60,127 bases of DNA, taken from positions 1 to 60,127 of the forward strand of contig JBAVUP010000162.1 of assembly GCA_049696835.1 (NCBI GenBank). The letters are read 5' to 3'. The DNA comes from Desulfobaccales bacterium (lineage in GTDB: Bacteria; Desulfobacterota; Desulfobaccia; Desulfobaccales; 0-14-0-80-60-11). Under the pieces are notes generated by a model that saw only the letters and a list, made by a program, of their open reading frames with translations, had not been told where the DNA came from and ran no database searches. Position numbers and translations under genes: made by a program. Position 1 is the first letter of the stretch; each line of letters opens with the position of its first letter. Shown here piece by piece: positions 34,964-44,762 of the stretch.

Positions 34964-35836
34964 TTATTTCACCGCCCGATAGACTTCCTTGCCGCGCAGG
35001 CCGTCGTGCGAATGGCGCAAGGGCAATTTGCCGGCCGGCGGGCGGCGGAATTCCTCCGGCACCAAGTCTCCGACACTGGCCTTGGCGGGCGTGACCCCGC
35101 CATCGGCCAACCACAGCGCGCCGGTGACGTAACTCGCCTCGTCCGAGGCCAGGAAGGCGAAGATGTTGGCCATCTCCTCCGGAGTGCCCCGGCGGCCGAG
35201 GGGGACCATGGCGTCGATCTTCTCCTGGTCCGCGGCCGGGATCGGCCCCTCGCGGCCGCGGGTCCAGGCCGTGTCAATGGGACCGGGGCAGACGCAGTTG
35301 GCCCGCACGCCATACCGGGCCTGCTCCAGGGCGACCCCCTTCATGAAGGCGTGCAGGAAGCCCTTGGAGCCGCCGTAGGGCGTGAACATCGGCGAGCCGT
35401 TGATCCCTGCTTCAGAGCCCGTGAAGATGATGTTGCCCCGGGTCTGGCGCAGATACGGCAAGGCGAACTTGGTCATGAGGAAGGCGGTCCGGACGTTGTT
35501 TCGCATCGTCCGTTCGAAATCCTCCAGCCGGTAGGCGTCGGTCTCGGCATGGGCAATGAACACCCCGGCGTTGTTCACCAGCACGTCGAGCCGGCCAAAA
35601 CGTCGGATGGCCATGTCCATGCAAGCCCGGGCTTCGGCTTCCTCCGCCAGGTCGCCCAGATGTGCTGCGGCCGCCCCGCCGCCGGCGATTATCGTGTCCG
35701 CGACTTCCTGAACCGGGTCGGCAGGCAAGCCGCTGAGCACGAGGCGCGCCCCTTCTCGGGCGAATTTGTGGGCGATAGCCTCACCGATGCCGGTGCCGGC
35801 ACCGGTGATGATCGCGACCTTGTCCTGCAAAAGCAT
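34964..35836 (-). CDS. SDR family oxidoreductase
   Basis: AIITGAGTGIGEA, NNAG and YGGSK motifs. GGAGGAA precedes the ATG at 35836. Confidence 0.88.
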   Translation of the reverse strand: MLLQDKVAIITGAGTGIGEAIAHKFAREGARLVLSGLPADPVQEVADTIIAGGGAAAAHLGDLAEEAEARACMDMAIRRFGRLDVLVNNAGVFIAHAETDAYRLEDFERTMRNNVRTAFLMTKFALPYLRQTRGNIIFTGSEAGINGSPMFTPYGGSKGFLHAFMKGVALEQARYGVRANCVCPGPIDTAWTRGREGPIPAADQEKIDAMVPLGRRGTPEEMANIFAFLASDEASYVTGALWLADGGVTPAKASVGDLVPEEFRRPPAGKLPLRHSHDGLRGKEVYRAVK

Positions 35837-36006
35837 CGGCGTTCCTCCATGGCGGCGGCGGGACTGTAACATCCCCGCTATACAGTGTAACCTGGGAGAG
35901 CGGTTAATCGGGCCTGATAGGGGGGCACCAGCCGGCGTCTGCGGCGCACTCGTCGAACCGGCGGCGGCCACCGGATGTTGCCTCTGATGAGAGATCGCGA
36001 CGTGGT

Positions 36007-36408
36007 TTAGCCAAAAATGAGGGGTGAAATGAACGTCTCGCCGCGCCGGAGTGTTTGGATGGCGGAACGTAACACGTCATTGGCATCTTCTTTAATCATA
36101 TAGCCATCGGCGCCCTTATCCATGGCTTTATAAACGTAATCCGTGCTCTTGTGCATAGTCAGGACCAAGATCTTGACTTCGGGATAGAGTCCCTTGATCA
36201 GGTTGATGACCTCCAGTCCCTGCAGGCGGGGCATGGAAATATCCAGGATAACCAGGTCCGGGGTCGATTGTTCCAGGAGGTCCAAGAGGTCAAGGCCGTC
36301 ACCGGCTTCGCCGATCACGGTGAGGTTGGGGTCGTCCTGAATTATTCTCTTGATGCCTTCGCGAAACAGGGCATGATCATCCGCCAGTATAATCCGAAAT
36401 TTGGACAT
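36007..36408 (-). CDS. Stand-alone response-regulator receiver domain (NarL-type receiver without HTH)
   Basis: ILADDH, phospho-acceptor LVILDISMP and conserved K (GADGYMIKE). Ends right after the receiver. Confidence 0.85.
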   Translation of the reverse strand: MSKFRIILADDHALFREGIKRIIQDDPNLTVIGEAGDGLDLLDLLEQSTPDLVILDISMPRLQGLEVINLIKGLYPEVKILVLTMHKSTDYVYKAMDKGADGYMIKEDANDVLRSAIQTLRRGETFISPLIFG

Positions 36409-36646
36409 TGCTTATCTTTAACCGCCGCATCCAGAAAATCCACTTTACGTTTAATAATGCTGCCGAAGGCCCGTGTCAAGCGGCCGCGTCCACGGTACCG
36501 CCTATTTTTCCTGGGGAAGGTTTCTCCGGGGCCGGCCAGGGTCTCAGGCACCCTTAGCCACCGACCCCTGGCAAGAGAAGCCGGGCGCGGCGACAATTAG
36601 CCTTTACACGCCTCCCCAGGCCTAATATAATTCAAGGAAAAAACTT

Positions 36647-37240
36647 ATGCTAGTTGGCATGAAAAATGTAATAGAAAAGAAAATAGCAGGCCGACGTTGG
36701 TGGTTGTGGGGACTGGCGGTCGCAGTGCTCCTGGGTATAGGCGCCTGGGGGCTCTGGGACGACCGGCCGCCCCCCTCGCCGCCGCAGCCCGTCCACCCGG
36801 CCCAGAAATCCCGGATGGAGGGCCTCGCCCTCACCGAGATTCACGATGGGGATAAACGCTGGGTCCTGGAGGCCAAGAAGGCGGAGTTTCACCAGGACCG
36901 GATGACCATCCGCATTATCGGCGTGCGGGTGGAATTCTTCAGCCCCGGCGAACACATTATGGTCAAGTCCGACGAAGGTCTGTTCCATACCAAGACCCGG
37001 GTCCTGACCTTGAAAGGGCAGGTGGAGATGAAGCGGGGCGACCTGCTGATCCAAACCAGCGTGGCCACGTATATGCCGGATGAACGGGTCTTACTGGCTC
37101 CCGAGGACGTGGTGCTCACGGAGCCGCGCCTCAAGGTGGAGGGTAAGGGGCTGCGGGTGGAACTGGCCGAGAAGAAGCTCGTTTTGGCCCAACATCGGCT
37201 CACGGAAGTGAAAGTCCAGGGTGGGGGGCTCAAGCCATGA
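36647..37240 (+). CDS. lptC: LPS export system protein LptC
   Basis: N-terminal TM followed by an OstA-like beta-jellyroll. Sits directly upstream of lptA-lptB. Confidence 0.75.
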   Translation: MLVGMKNVIEKKIAGRRWWLWGLAVAVLLGIGAWGLWDDRPPPSPPQPVHPAQKSRMEGLALTEIHDGDKRWVLEAKKAEFHQDRMTIRIIGVRVEFFSPGEHIMVKSDEGLFHTKTRVLTLKGQVEMKRGDLLIQTSVATYMPDERVLLAPEDVVLTEPRLKVEGKGLRVELAEKKLVLAQHRLTEVKVQGGGLKP

Positions 37241-37863
37241 AGCGCCATCGGTTCATAACCCTCGCCGGACTCCTGGTCTTGTTGGGTATCGGTTGGTCCC
37301 CGGCTTACGGCGCGCCCCCCCAAAAGAAGGCTCCGGGCGGGGAAGTCCCTTTGCGCATCACCGCCGCCCGCCTGGAAGCGGACCAGACAGAGGGGACCAT
37401 TATCTTCACCGGTAAGGTGAAGGCTGATTATGGCGACGCCACCCTGTACTCCGACCAGTTGCGGGTCTATTATAAGGCCCAACCCGCGCCTCCCCAAGGG
37501 GCCGCGCCTCCTCCCCCGAAGCCGGAGGAGCAATCTCCCCTGGGGGATTTGGGGGGCCAGAAGATCGACCATATCGTGGCCCGGGGCCACGTGCGTTTCG
37601 TTCAGGGGGACCGGGTAGCCACCGGCGAGGAGGCCATCTACTACAAGGACCGGGATGAGGTGGTGCTCCGGGGCAACCCCCAGGTATGGCAGGCCGAAAA
37701 TACCTTGAAAGGGGAACGGATCATCTTCAACCTCACGACCAATAAGGCCCTGGTGGAGAGTTCGCCCCAGCGCAAGGTGGAGGCCCTCCTCTATACCAAG
37801 GGGTCCGAGGGCAAGCCCGGCCTGCCTCTCGGCCCCAAGGCCCCCAAAAGCCGGCAACCTTAG
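37237..37863 (+). CDS. lptA: LPS transport periplasmic protein LptA (OstA N-terminal domain)
   Basis: Signal peptide, an OstA-like domain (ITAARLEADQ..., ATGEEAIYY) and operon context. Confidence 0.8.
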   Translation: MKRHRFITLAGLLVLLGIGWSPAYGAPPQKKAPGGEVPLRITAARLEADQTEGTIIFTGKVKADYGDATLYSDQLRVYYKAQPAPPQGAAPPPPKPEEQSPLGDLGGQKIDHIVARGHVRFVQGDRVATGEEAIYYKDRDEVVLRGNPQVWQAENTLKGERIIFNLTTNKALVESSPQRKVEALLYTKGSEGKPGLPLGPKAPKSRQP

Positions 37864-37866
37864 GAT

Positions 37867-38589
37867 ATGCACCTTCTTAGTCTGCAAACCCTGAGCAAGA
37901 GCTATGACGGCCGCAAGGTGGTGGACGCAGTCTCCATGGAGGTGAATAGCGGCGAAGTGGTGGGGCTTCTGGGACCTAACGGCGCCGGCAAGACCAGCAC
38001 CTTTTTTATGGTTTTGGGGCTGCTGCAACCCGACGTCGGCCAGATCTACCTGGACGGCGAGGACATTTCCCACCTGCCCATTTATCGTCGGGCCCGGTTG
38101 GGCTTGCAATACCTTCCCCAGGAGCCTTCGGTGTTCCGGAAGCTCACGGTGGCTGAAAATATCATGGCGATTCTGGAAACCCTGGAGCCGGATGCCAAGG
38201 TGCGCCATGAGCGCCAGGAAAAACTGTTGGCCGATTTGCGCATTTCCCACCTGGCCCACCAGCAGGCTTCGGCCCTGTCCGGAGGGGAACGCCGCCGGGT
38301 GGAGATCTGCCGGGCCCTGGTCACCGCCCCCCACTTTATCATCCTGGATGAACCCTTTGCGGGTATCGATCCCCTGGCGGTAACCGATATTCAGAATATT
38401 ATCCGTGACTTGAGAAACCGCAACCTCGGGGTGCTCATCTCGGACCACAACGTCCGGGAAGCCCTGGGAGTCTGCGACCGGGCTTATATCCTCAACGAGG
38501 GCGTGATCCTGGAGGAGGGGTCACCGGAGAAGCTAGTCCAAAGTGAGGTGGCCAAAAGAATTTACTTAGGCGAGACCTTTAAGTTATAA
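37867..38589 (+). CDS. lptB: LPS export ABC transporter ATP-binding protein
   Basis: GPNGAGKTS, LSGGERRRVEI, ILDEPFAGIDP. Confidence 0.93.
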   Translation: MHLLSLQTLSKSYDGRKVVDAVSMEVNSGEVVGLLGPNGAGKTSTFFMVLGLLQPDVGQIYLDGEDISHLPIYRRARLGLQYLPQEPSVFRKLTVAENIMAILETLEPDAKVRHERQEKLLADLRISHLAHQQASALSGGERRRVEICRALVTAPHFIILDEPFAGIDPLAVTDIQNIIRDLRNRNLGVLISDHNVREALGVCDRAYILNEGVILEEGSPEKLVQSEVAKRIYLGETFKL

Positions 38590-38654
38590 TGTCTTAAGAA
38601 TCCTGGGCAAGACGGGGTTGGCACCTTGGCGATTATTTTTTATAGGGCGAGACG

Positions 38655-40139
38655 ATGGCCTTAGAAATCAGACAAACTCTTCGGCTCACCCAATCGCTCA
38701 TCATGACGCAGAAATTGCAGCAAGCCATCAAGCTGCTGCAACTTTCCCGCATGGAGCTGGTGGGCGAAATAACCCAGGCCCTGGAAACCAACCCGGTCCT
38801 GGAAGATGATCAATTTGAAGAAAAGGAGGCGGAAGAGCCGGACTCAGGGATGGGAGATTTTCCCGACGGCGCTGAATCGCCACCGGAAGAGGCCCAGGTC
38901 GAGGCGGAGGGCAAATCCGCCATGGAAGAGTGGGATTGGGACAGCTTCCTGAAGGACCGCCTCATGCCGACCCCCATAGGCGAGCACGAAGAACGGGAAG
39001 CCCTGCCCCTGGAGTCCCTCAACGCCCAAAAGACCACCTTGAAATCCCACCTCGTCTGGCAACTCCGCATGGCCGGACTGGAGGAAGTGGACGATAACAT
39101 CGGGGTGATGATCATCGGCAACCTGGACCGGGACGGTTATCTCCGGTCCACGGTGGAAGAGATCGCCCACGAGATGGGAGTCGAGCCGGCCCGGGTGGAG
39201 CAGGTCCTGGAAATCGTCCAGGGTTTCGACCCGGCGGGAGTGGCCGCCCGCAGTCTCAAAGAATGCCTGCAACTGCAACTCAAAATCCTGGGAATCCACA
39301 ATTCCCTGGTATTGGATATTGTTGACCGTCACCTGACCAATCTGGCCAATAAGAATTACCAGGCCATCTCCCGGGATCTGAAGGCGCCCATCGAAAAGGT
39401 GGCTGAGGCCGGCGACCTGATCGCCACTCTGGAGCCCAAGCCCGGCCGGGGCTTCGACAATGAAGATGCGGACTACATCAGCCCCGATGTCCATGTGGAG
39501 AAGGTGGGAGATGACTATGTAATCCGTCTGAACGATGACGGCCTGCCCAAATTACGGGTTAATTCCTTTTACCTGGAAGCCTTGCGGGGCCCCGATAAAC
39601 TCCCGGACTCGGTGAAAAGTTATATTCAAAAACACCTGGACAACGCCCTGTGGTTTATCCGCAGCATCCACCAGCGGCAAAAGACCCTTTATAAAGTGAC
39701 CGAGAGTATCGTGCGCTTCCAGCGGGAATTCCTGGACCATGGCCTGGCCCACCTGAAACCCCTGACCCTGCGCCAGGTGGCGGAAGACGTCGAGATGCAC
39801 GAATCGACCATCAGCCGGGTGACCACGAACAAATATGTCTATACCCCCCAGGGGGTCTTTGACCTGAAGTTCTTTTTCAATAGCGCCATTAATATGTCGT
39901 TAGGGGATCAGATCGCCTCCGAAAGCGTCAAGGAAAAGATCCGGCAGATCGTCCAGGGCGAGAACCCGGAGAACCCCTTGAGCGATCAGGAGATTGCCGA
40001 TATCCTGCGCCGCCAGGACGTGATTATTGCCCGGCGCACGGTGGCCAAGTATCGCGGTATGCTGGGGGTGCTCTCCTCCAGTAAGCGCAAGAGACCCGGG
40101 TACCACCGCAAAAGCCAGCCAGAAAATCAAGCCTCTTGA
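38655..40139 (+). CDS. rpoN: RNA polymerase sigma-54 factor
   Basis: N-terminal LxQxL glutamine-rich region, an acidic linker and the C-terminal RpoN box (ARRTVAKYR). Confidence 0.95.
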   Translation: MALEIRQTLRLTQSLIMTQKLQQAIKLLQLSRMELVGEITQALETNPVLEDDQFEEKEAEEPDSGMGDFPDGAESPPEEAQVEAEGKSAMEEWDWDSFLKDRLMPTPIGEHEEREALPLESLNAQKTTLKSHLVWQLRMAGLEEVDDNIGVMIIGNLDRDGYLRSTVEEIAHEMGVEPARVEQVLEIVQGFDPAGVAARSLKECLQLQLKILGIHNSLVLDIVDRHLTNLANKNYQAISRDLKAPIEKVAEAGDLIATLEPKPGRGFDNEDADYISPDVHVEKVGDDYVIRLNDDGLPKLRVNSFYLEALRGPDKLPDSVKSYIQKHLDNALWFIRSIHQRQKTLYKVTESIVRFQREFLDHGLAHLKPLTLRQVAEDVEMHESTISRVTTNKYVYTPQGVFDLKFFFNSAINMSLGDQIASESVKEKIRQIVQGENPENPLSDQEIADILRRQDVIIARRTVAKYRGMLGVLSSSKRKRPGYHRKSQPENQAS

Positions 40140-40181
40140 GATCCCGGCCTGGCTGCAAACCCAACCCTTCGGGAGGAACTG

Positions 40182-40709
40182 ATGCAGATTTCCGTAACCT
40201 TCAGACAACTTGAGCCCACTGAGGCCTTAAAAAATTATGTGACCGACCGCTTAAATAAATTCAAACGGTTCCTGGACGGACCGGTGGAAGCCCATGTGGT
40301 GTTGGGGCTGGAGAAATTTCGCCATCTGGCCGATGTCACCATTGACAACAACGGCCGGATCATAAAAGGAAAAGAAGAGAATACCGACATGTACGCGGCG
40401 ATCGATCTGGTGATGGACAAGATCGATATGCAGTTGAAAAAGTTTCGTGACAAACAACGGAGCGCCAAGGGCGACCGGAGCCGTTCGGCCCCCCCGACCC
40501 TGGTAGAGGGGGAGGAAGCCGCGTCCTTCCCGGCCTTACGCCGCAAACAGGTGGAGGTGCCGGCCCTGCAACTGGGCGACGCCGTGGAATTGATGCAAAG
40601 TGGGCGGGATGATCTGCTGGTGTTTACCAATGTGACCAGCGGCGGTTTAAATATCTTGTATCGACGCCAGGATGGCCACTATGTCCTGGTGGAAGCCGAC
40701 CTGGGATAG
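40182..40709 (+). CDS. hpf: Ribosome hibernation promoting factor (long form)
   Basis: A MQISVTFRQLE...-type S30AE domain plus a C-terminal dimerisation domain. Confidence 0.9.
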   Translation: MQISVTFRQLEPTEALKNYVTDRLNKFKRFLDGPVEAHVVLGLEKFRHLADVTIDNNGRIIKGKEENTDMYAAIDLVMDKIDMQLKKFRDKQRSAKGDRSRSAPPTLVEGEEAASFPALRRKQVEVPALQLGDAVELMQSGRDDLLVFTNVTSGGLNILYRRQDGHYVLVEADLG

Positions 40710-40726
40710 AGGCTTTAGGGAGCTGC

Positions 40727-41188
40727 ATGCAAATTATCGACCTTTTGGCCCCACATTGCATTTTGCCCGGTTTGGTGGCCACCAACAAAAAGGGAGTGCT
40801 GGAGGAACTGGCCTCGACCCTGGTGCCGGGCCCCGACGGCCTCTCCCTCCAAACCGTCATGGATGTGCTGCTGGACCGGGAGCGCCTGGGCAGCACCGGC
40901 ATCGGCGATAACATTGCCATACCCCACGGCAAGCTGGCCCAGCTCTCCCGGCTGATGTTGTCCTTTGGCCGCAGTGTGAAAGGGGTCGACTTCGACTCCA
41001 TGGATGGTAAGCCTTCTCACATTTTTTTCATGCTTTTGGCGCCGGTTAATTCCGCCGGTATGCATCTCAAGGCCCTGGCCAAAATTTCCCGGATGCTCAT
41101 GAGCCACACCTTTCGGGATAACTTGATGAAGGCCGAAGGGGTCGAGGATATTTACCAGTTAATCGCCGAACGAGACGCGGAATTTTAG
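40727..41188 (+). CDS. ptsN: PTS IIA-like nitrogen regulatory protein
   Basis: EIIA(Fru/Ntr) fold with GIGDNIAIPHG (active-site His). Context is rpoN-hpf-ptsN. Confidence 0.88.
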   Translation: MQIIDLLAPHCILPGLVATNKKGVLEELASTLVPGPDGLSLQTVMDVLLDRERLGSTGIGDNIAIPHGKLAQLSRLMLSFGRSVKGVDFDSMDGKPSHIFFMLLAPVNSAGMHLKALAKISRMLMSHTFRDNLMKAEGVEDIYQLIAERDAEF

Positions 41189-41267
41189 GTGAGGGTCTCG
41201 GGCCTCCTTGTCCGGCCATGGAATTCACCCATGCGGGCCGCGATGAGAAGTGCATAGATACATCATT

Positions 41268-42206
41268 ATGGCGCAGGAAACTAGTTCGCACCCACAATCG
41301 CACCCGCAATCGCACCAGCCCCCCTCGCCTCCCTTCTCTATTTTGATCATCACCGGAGTTTCCGGTTCGGGGAAGAGCACGGTGCTGCGGGCCCTGGAAG
41401 ATATCGGCTATTTTTGCGTCGACAACCTGCCCCTGGGCCTGCTCCCGAATTTTCTGAAAATGCAGGCTGCCGCCGTCCACAGCGGCCGTAAGATCGCCCT
41501 GGTCATGGACGTGCGCACCGAAGGCTTCTTGCAGAATTACGCCGAGGTCTTTCGCAGCCTGGAACACGAGGGCTTTCATCCCCATATCATCTTTCTGGAA
41601 GCGGATGAAGCCATGTTAATCCGGCGTTTTAGCCAGACCCGGCGTCAACACCCCCTGGCGGACCGCGACACCATCGGGGAGGCCTTGCGCCAGGAGCGCA
41701 ATTCCCTGTCGGGCTTACGCCAACTGGCCCACCGGATCATCGACAGCTCCCATTATACTCCCCATCAGCTACGGGAGTTGATCAAAGATGAATACGCCGA
41801 TCTGCTCCCCCGCCAGAGAATGTGGCTCCATCTCATTTCCTTTGCCTATAAAAACGGCATCCCCCCGGAAGCCGACATGGTGTTGGATGTGCGGTTTTTG
41901 CCCAACCCCTTTTTTGTGGATGACCTGAGGCCCCTTACCGGAGAAAACCCCGGGGTCCAGAAATATGTTCTGGACCATCCTGAAACCCAGGCTTTTCTCA
42001 ACCATTTGTTCTCCTTGGTGGACTTTCTGCTGCCCCACTACCAGGAAGAAGGCAAGACCCACCTCACCCTGGCCATCGGCTGTACCGGGGGGCAACACCG
42101 TTCGGTGGTCGTCACCACCGCCCTGGAGAAACATCTGACCCAGGGGAATTACACCTTGACCCTTAGCCACCGCGATATGTTGCGGTCCGCGGGAGATTTA
42201 CCATGA
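41268..42206 (+). CDS. rapZ: RNase adapter protein RapZ
   Basis: P-loop ITGVSGSGKST, VDNLP and CTGGQHRS motifs. Confidence 0.9.
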   Translation: MAQETSSHPQSHPQSHQPPSPPFSILIITGVSGSGKSTVLRALEDIGYFCVDNLPLGLLPNFLKMQAAAVHSGRKIALVMDVRTEGFLQNYAEVFRSLEHEGFHPHIIFLEADEAMLIRRFSQTRRQHPLADRDTIGEALRQERNSLSGLRQLAHRIIDSSHYTPHQLRELIKDEYADLLPRQRMWLHLISFAYKNGIPPEADMVLDVRFLPNPFFVDDLRPLTGENPGVQKYVLDHPETQAFLNHLFSLVDFLLPHYQEEGKTHLTLAIGCTGGQHRSVVVTTALEKHLTQGNYTLTLSHRDMLRSAGDLP

Positions 42207-42604
42207 TCGGCATCTTAATCGTTACCCACAAGGAGTTGGCGGAAGCCTTGATGAACGTCTGGGACCTGATCCTGGGGCGGCAGGAGCGCATTGTGCCGGT
42301 GTCCCTGGATCCCAACGCCCCCCCGGAGGTTTCCCGCCAGCAAATTCAGCGCGGCCTGTCCCAGGTGAATAACGGCAACGGCGTCATCATCCTCACCGAT
42401 ATGCTGGGGGGCACCCCCTCCAATCTCACTCTGTCTTTCCTGCAAGAGGGCAAGGTGGAGGTCGTCACCGGCGTCAACCTGCCCATGCTCATGAAGCTGG
42501 CCCACCTCCGGGATCAAGATAATCTGCAAGAAGTGGCCCTGGCCCTGAAACAATCCGGTCAAAAGGGGATTACCGTGGCCAGCGAGGTCCTCCATCAGAA
42601 ATGA
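42203..42604 (+). CDS. PTS EIIA component, mannose/fructose family
   Basis: MIGILIVTH (active-site His region) and LTDMLGGTP. Confidence 0.8.
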   Translation: MIGILIVTHKELAEALMNVWDLILGRQERIVPVSLDPNAPPEVSRQQIQRGLSQVNNGNGVIILTDMLGGTPSNLTLSFLQEGKVEVVTGVNLPMLMKLAHLRDQDNLQEVALALKQSGQKGITVASEVLHQK

Positions 42605-43068
42605 CCCAGGGGCTCCTCATCCGCCGGGCCGGCCTGGCGGATGTCAACGCCATCTGGGCCATTGAAAAGGTATCCTTCGCCACCCCCTGGTCCCGGTGGT
42701 CCTTCCTGACGGAACTGGGCCACCACCATGGCCACACCCTGGTAGCCGGTCCCTCCCCGCCCCTCTCCTGGCAGACCTGGGGTTACCTTATTTTCTGGGT
42801 CGTGGCCGACGAAATGCATATCCTCAACCTGGCCGTCCACCCCGAGCATCGCCGCCAGGGGATCGCCCGCCGCTTGCTGACTGAAGGCCTGGCCCAGGCC
42901 CGGGAACTGGGCGCCGCCCTCGCCTGGCTGGAAGTGCGGCCGTCCAACCTCCCGGGCCGAGCCCTCTACGCCGCCTGCGGATTCAAGGAAGTGGGCCGCC
43001 GCCCCCAATACTACGACGATACCCGGGAAGACGCCCTGCTCCTGACCCTGGAGTGGGGGGGAAAATAA
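42601..43068 (+). CDS. rimI: Ribosomal-protein-alanine N-acetyltransferase (GNAT)
   Basis: ILNLAVHPEHRRQGIARRLL, LEVRPSN and FKEVGRRPQYY. Confidence 0.85.
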   Translation: MTQGLLIRRAGLADVNAIWAIEKVSFATPWSRWSFLTELGHHHGHTLVAGPSPPLSWQTWGYLIFWVVADEMHILNLAVHPEHRRQGIARRLLTEGLAQARELGAALAWLEVRPSNLPGRALYAACGFKEVGRRPQYYDDTREDALLLTLEWGGK

Positions 43069-43184
43069 TCGTTTAATGGAAAAGGAAATTTAATCCGATT
43101 TTTATTTTGAGGCTCATATTGTAAAATTGGGTTAAACATCCTTTAGACCTATCTAAGGCGTATAAATTTCTTTAAGATTAAATT

Positions 43185-44762
43185 ATGGATTTCGCATTAA
43201 CGCCCGTGGAATTTTGTGAAAAGCAGGCCTATTCGTTCATTTTGAAATCTTCCCAAAAAGAACGAAAAGCTCATGGACAATTCTTCACCCCCGCGCCAGT
43301 TGCAAGGTTCATGGCAAACTTTGCGGAATATCAAAAAGATACCTTGAAAGTTTTGGACCCGGGTGCGGGCGTTGGAATCCTTTCATGCGCTATATGCGAG
43401 GTGGCAGCAAAAAGGAAAACCGTAAAGAAAATAGAAATAGATGCTTACGAAATCGATCCTTCCCTTAACGTACTATTAAGAGAATCTTTCAATTTTGCAA
43501 AAAATTGGATATTTAAATCTGGAATTGAGTTATCATATAATATAATTGAAGAAGATTTTATTTTGGATAGCCAAAGATCGTTATGGAAAGAACAAATGGC
43601 CAAATACGATTTAGCTATTAGTAATCCTCCATATTTTAAAATAGGCAAAAACGATCCCAGAGCATTATCAGCATCGAAATATGTTTTTGGTCAACCAAAT
43701 ATTTATTCTCTTTTTATGGGAATTACTGCTGAATCATTAAGAGATAAAGGAATCATGGTTGTAATTACTCCTCGGAGTTATGCAGCAGGCCCGTATTTTA
43801 AGCTTTTTAGAAAATGCTTTTTTAAAATAGTTTCGCCTGTAAAAATACATATATTTCAATCCCGCAAGGAAACTTTTAAGAATGATGAAGTTTTACAGGA
43901 AAATATAATATTGAAGGCCAAAAAATATAGTAAGATATCAAATATAAAAATATCTATAAGCAAGGGGATGGAAGATTTGGATAAATCAATCACATACACA
44001 TTCCCAACTTCTATAGTCCTCTACCAGATTAATAATGATATTATCCTAAGATTACCAAATAATAATCAGGATATCGATTTAATTAATACTGTTGAACAAT
44101 GGACCGGAAGCCTTCATAAATATGGAATGGAGATATCCACAGGCCCGGTTGTCCCCTTTAGGGCTAAAAATCTAATCTCCAACATTCAAAAGGATGATAA
44201 TGATTTTGCTCCGTTAATTTGGCTGCAGAATGTATTGCCAATGTCAATTAAATGGCCATGTTTTAATTTGAGAAATTGTAAAGAAAAGCCTCAATTTTTA
44301 AAGATTAATAGTATAAGTCTTAAAAGAAGGCTTCTTATCCTTGACCAAAACCTTGTTATTTTACGTAGATTCAGTGCCAAAGAAGAGCATAGAAGATTGA
44401 CTGCCTCTCCATTATTGAAAGGTCAGCTTGGGTCAAAATTTATCGGGGTGGAAAATCACTTGAACTATATTTATAAACCTAAAGGCGAGCTAAGCGAAAC
44501 CGAGACGTTAGGTTTAGCTGCATTATTCAATAGCTCGATGTTAGATAGATATTTTAGAGTATCGAGTGGTAATACTCAAGTTAGCGCAACCGAAATTCGA
44601 GCTATGCCATTACCATCAATTAGGAAAATTAGTGCAATAGGGTTTAATATAAAATTTATTAACTATGTTCCGAGTGCCTCAGAAATTGATGAGTTGGTAT
44701 GGAGTATAATAACTAAAGAAGAAAAACCTAATAATCTTGTTGCCGAGGTATCTGATGGGTAA
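43185..44762 (+). CDS. N6-adenine DNA methyltransferase, PstI/BsuBI (Eco57I-like gamma class) type
   Basis: HGQFFTP, motif I VLDPGAGVGIL and motif IV NPPYF. About 525 aa, as for M.PstI/M.BsuBI. Low GC. Confidence 0.85.
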   Translation: MDFALTPVEFCEKQAYSFILKSSQKERKAHGQFFTPAPVARFMANFAEYQKDTLKVLDPGAGVGILSCAICEVAAKRKTVKKIEIDAYEIDPSLNVLLRESFNFAKNWIFKSGIELSYNIIEEDFILDSQRSLWKEQMAKYDLAISNPPYFKIGKNDPRALSASKYVFGQPNIYSLFMGITAESLRDKGIMVVITPRSYAAGPYFKLFRKCFFKIVSPVKIHIFQSRKETFKNDEVLQENIILKAKKYSKISNIKISISKGMEDLDKSITYTFPTSIVLYQINNDIILRLPNNNQDIDLINTVEQWTGSLHKYGMEISTGPVVPFRAKNLISNIQKDDNDFAPLIWLQNVLPMSIKWPCFNLRNCKEKPQFLKINSISLKRRLLILDQNLVILRRFSAKEEHRRLTASPLLKGQLGSKFIGVENHLNYIYKPKGELSETETLGLAALFNSSMLDRYFRVSSGNTQVSATEIRAMPLPSIRKISAIGFNIKFINYVPSASEIDELVWSIITKEEKPNNLVAEVSDG

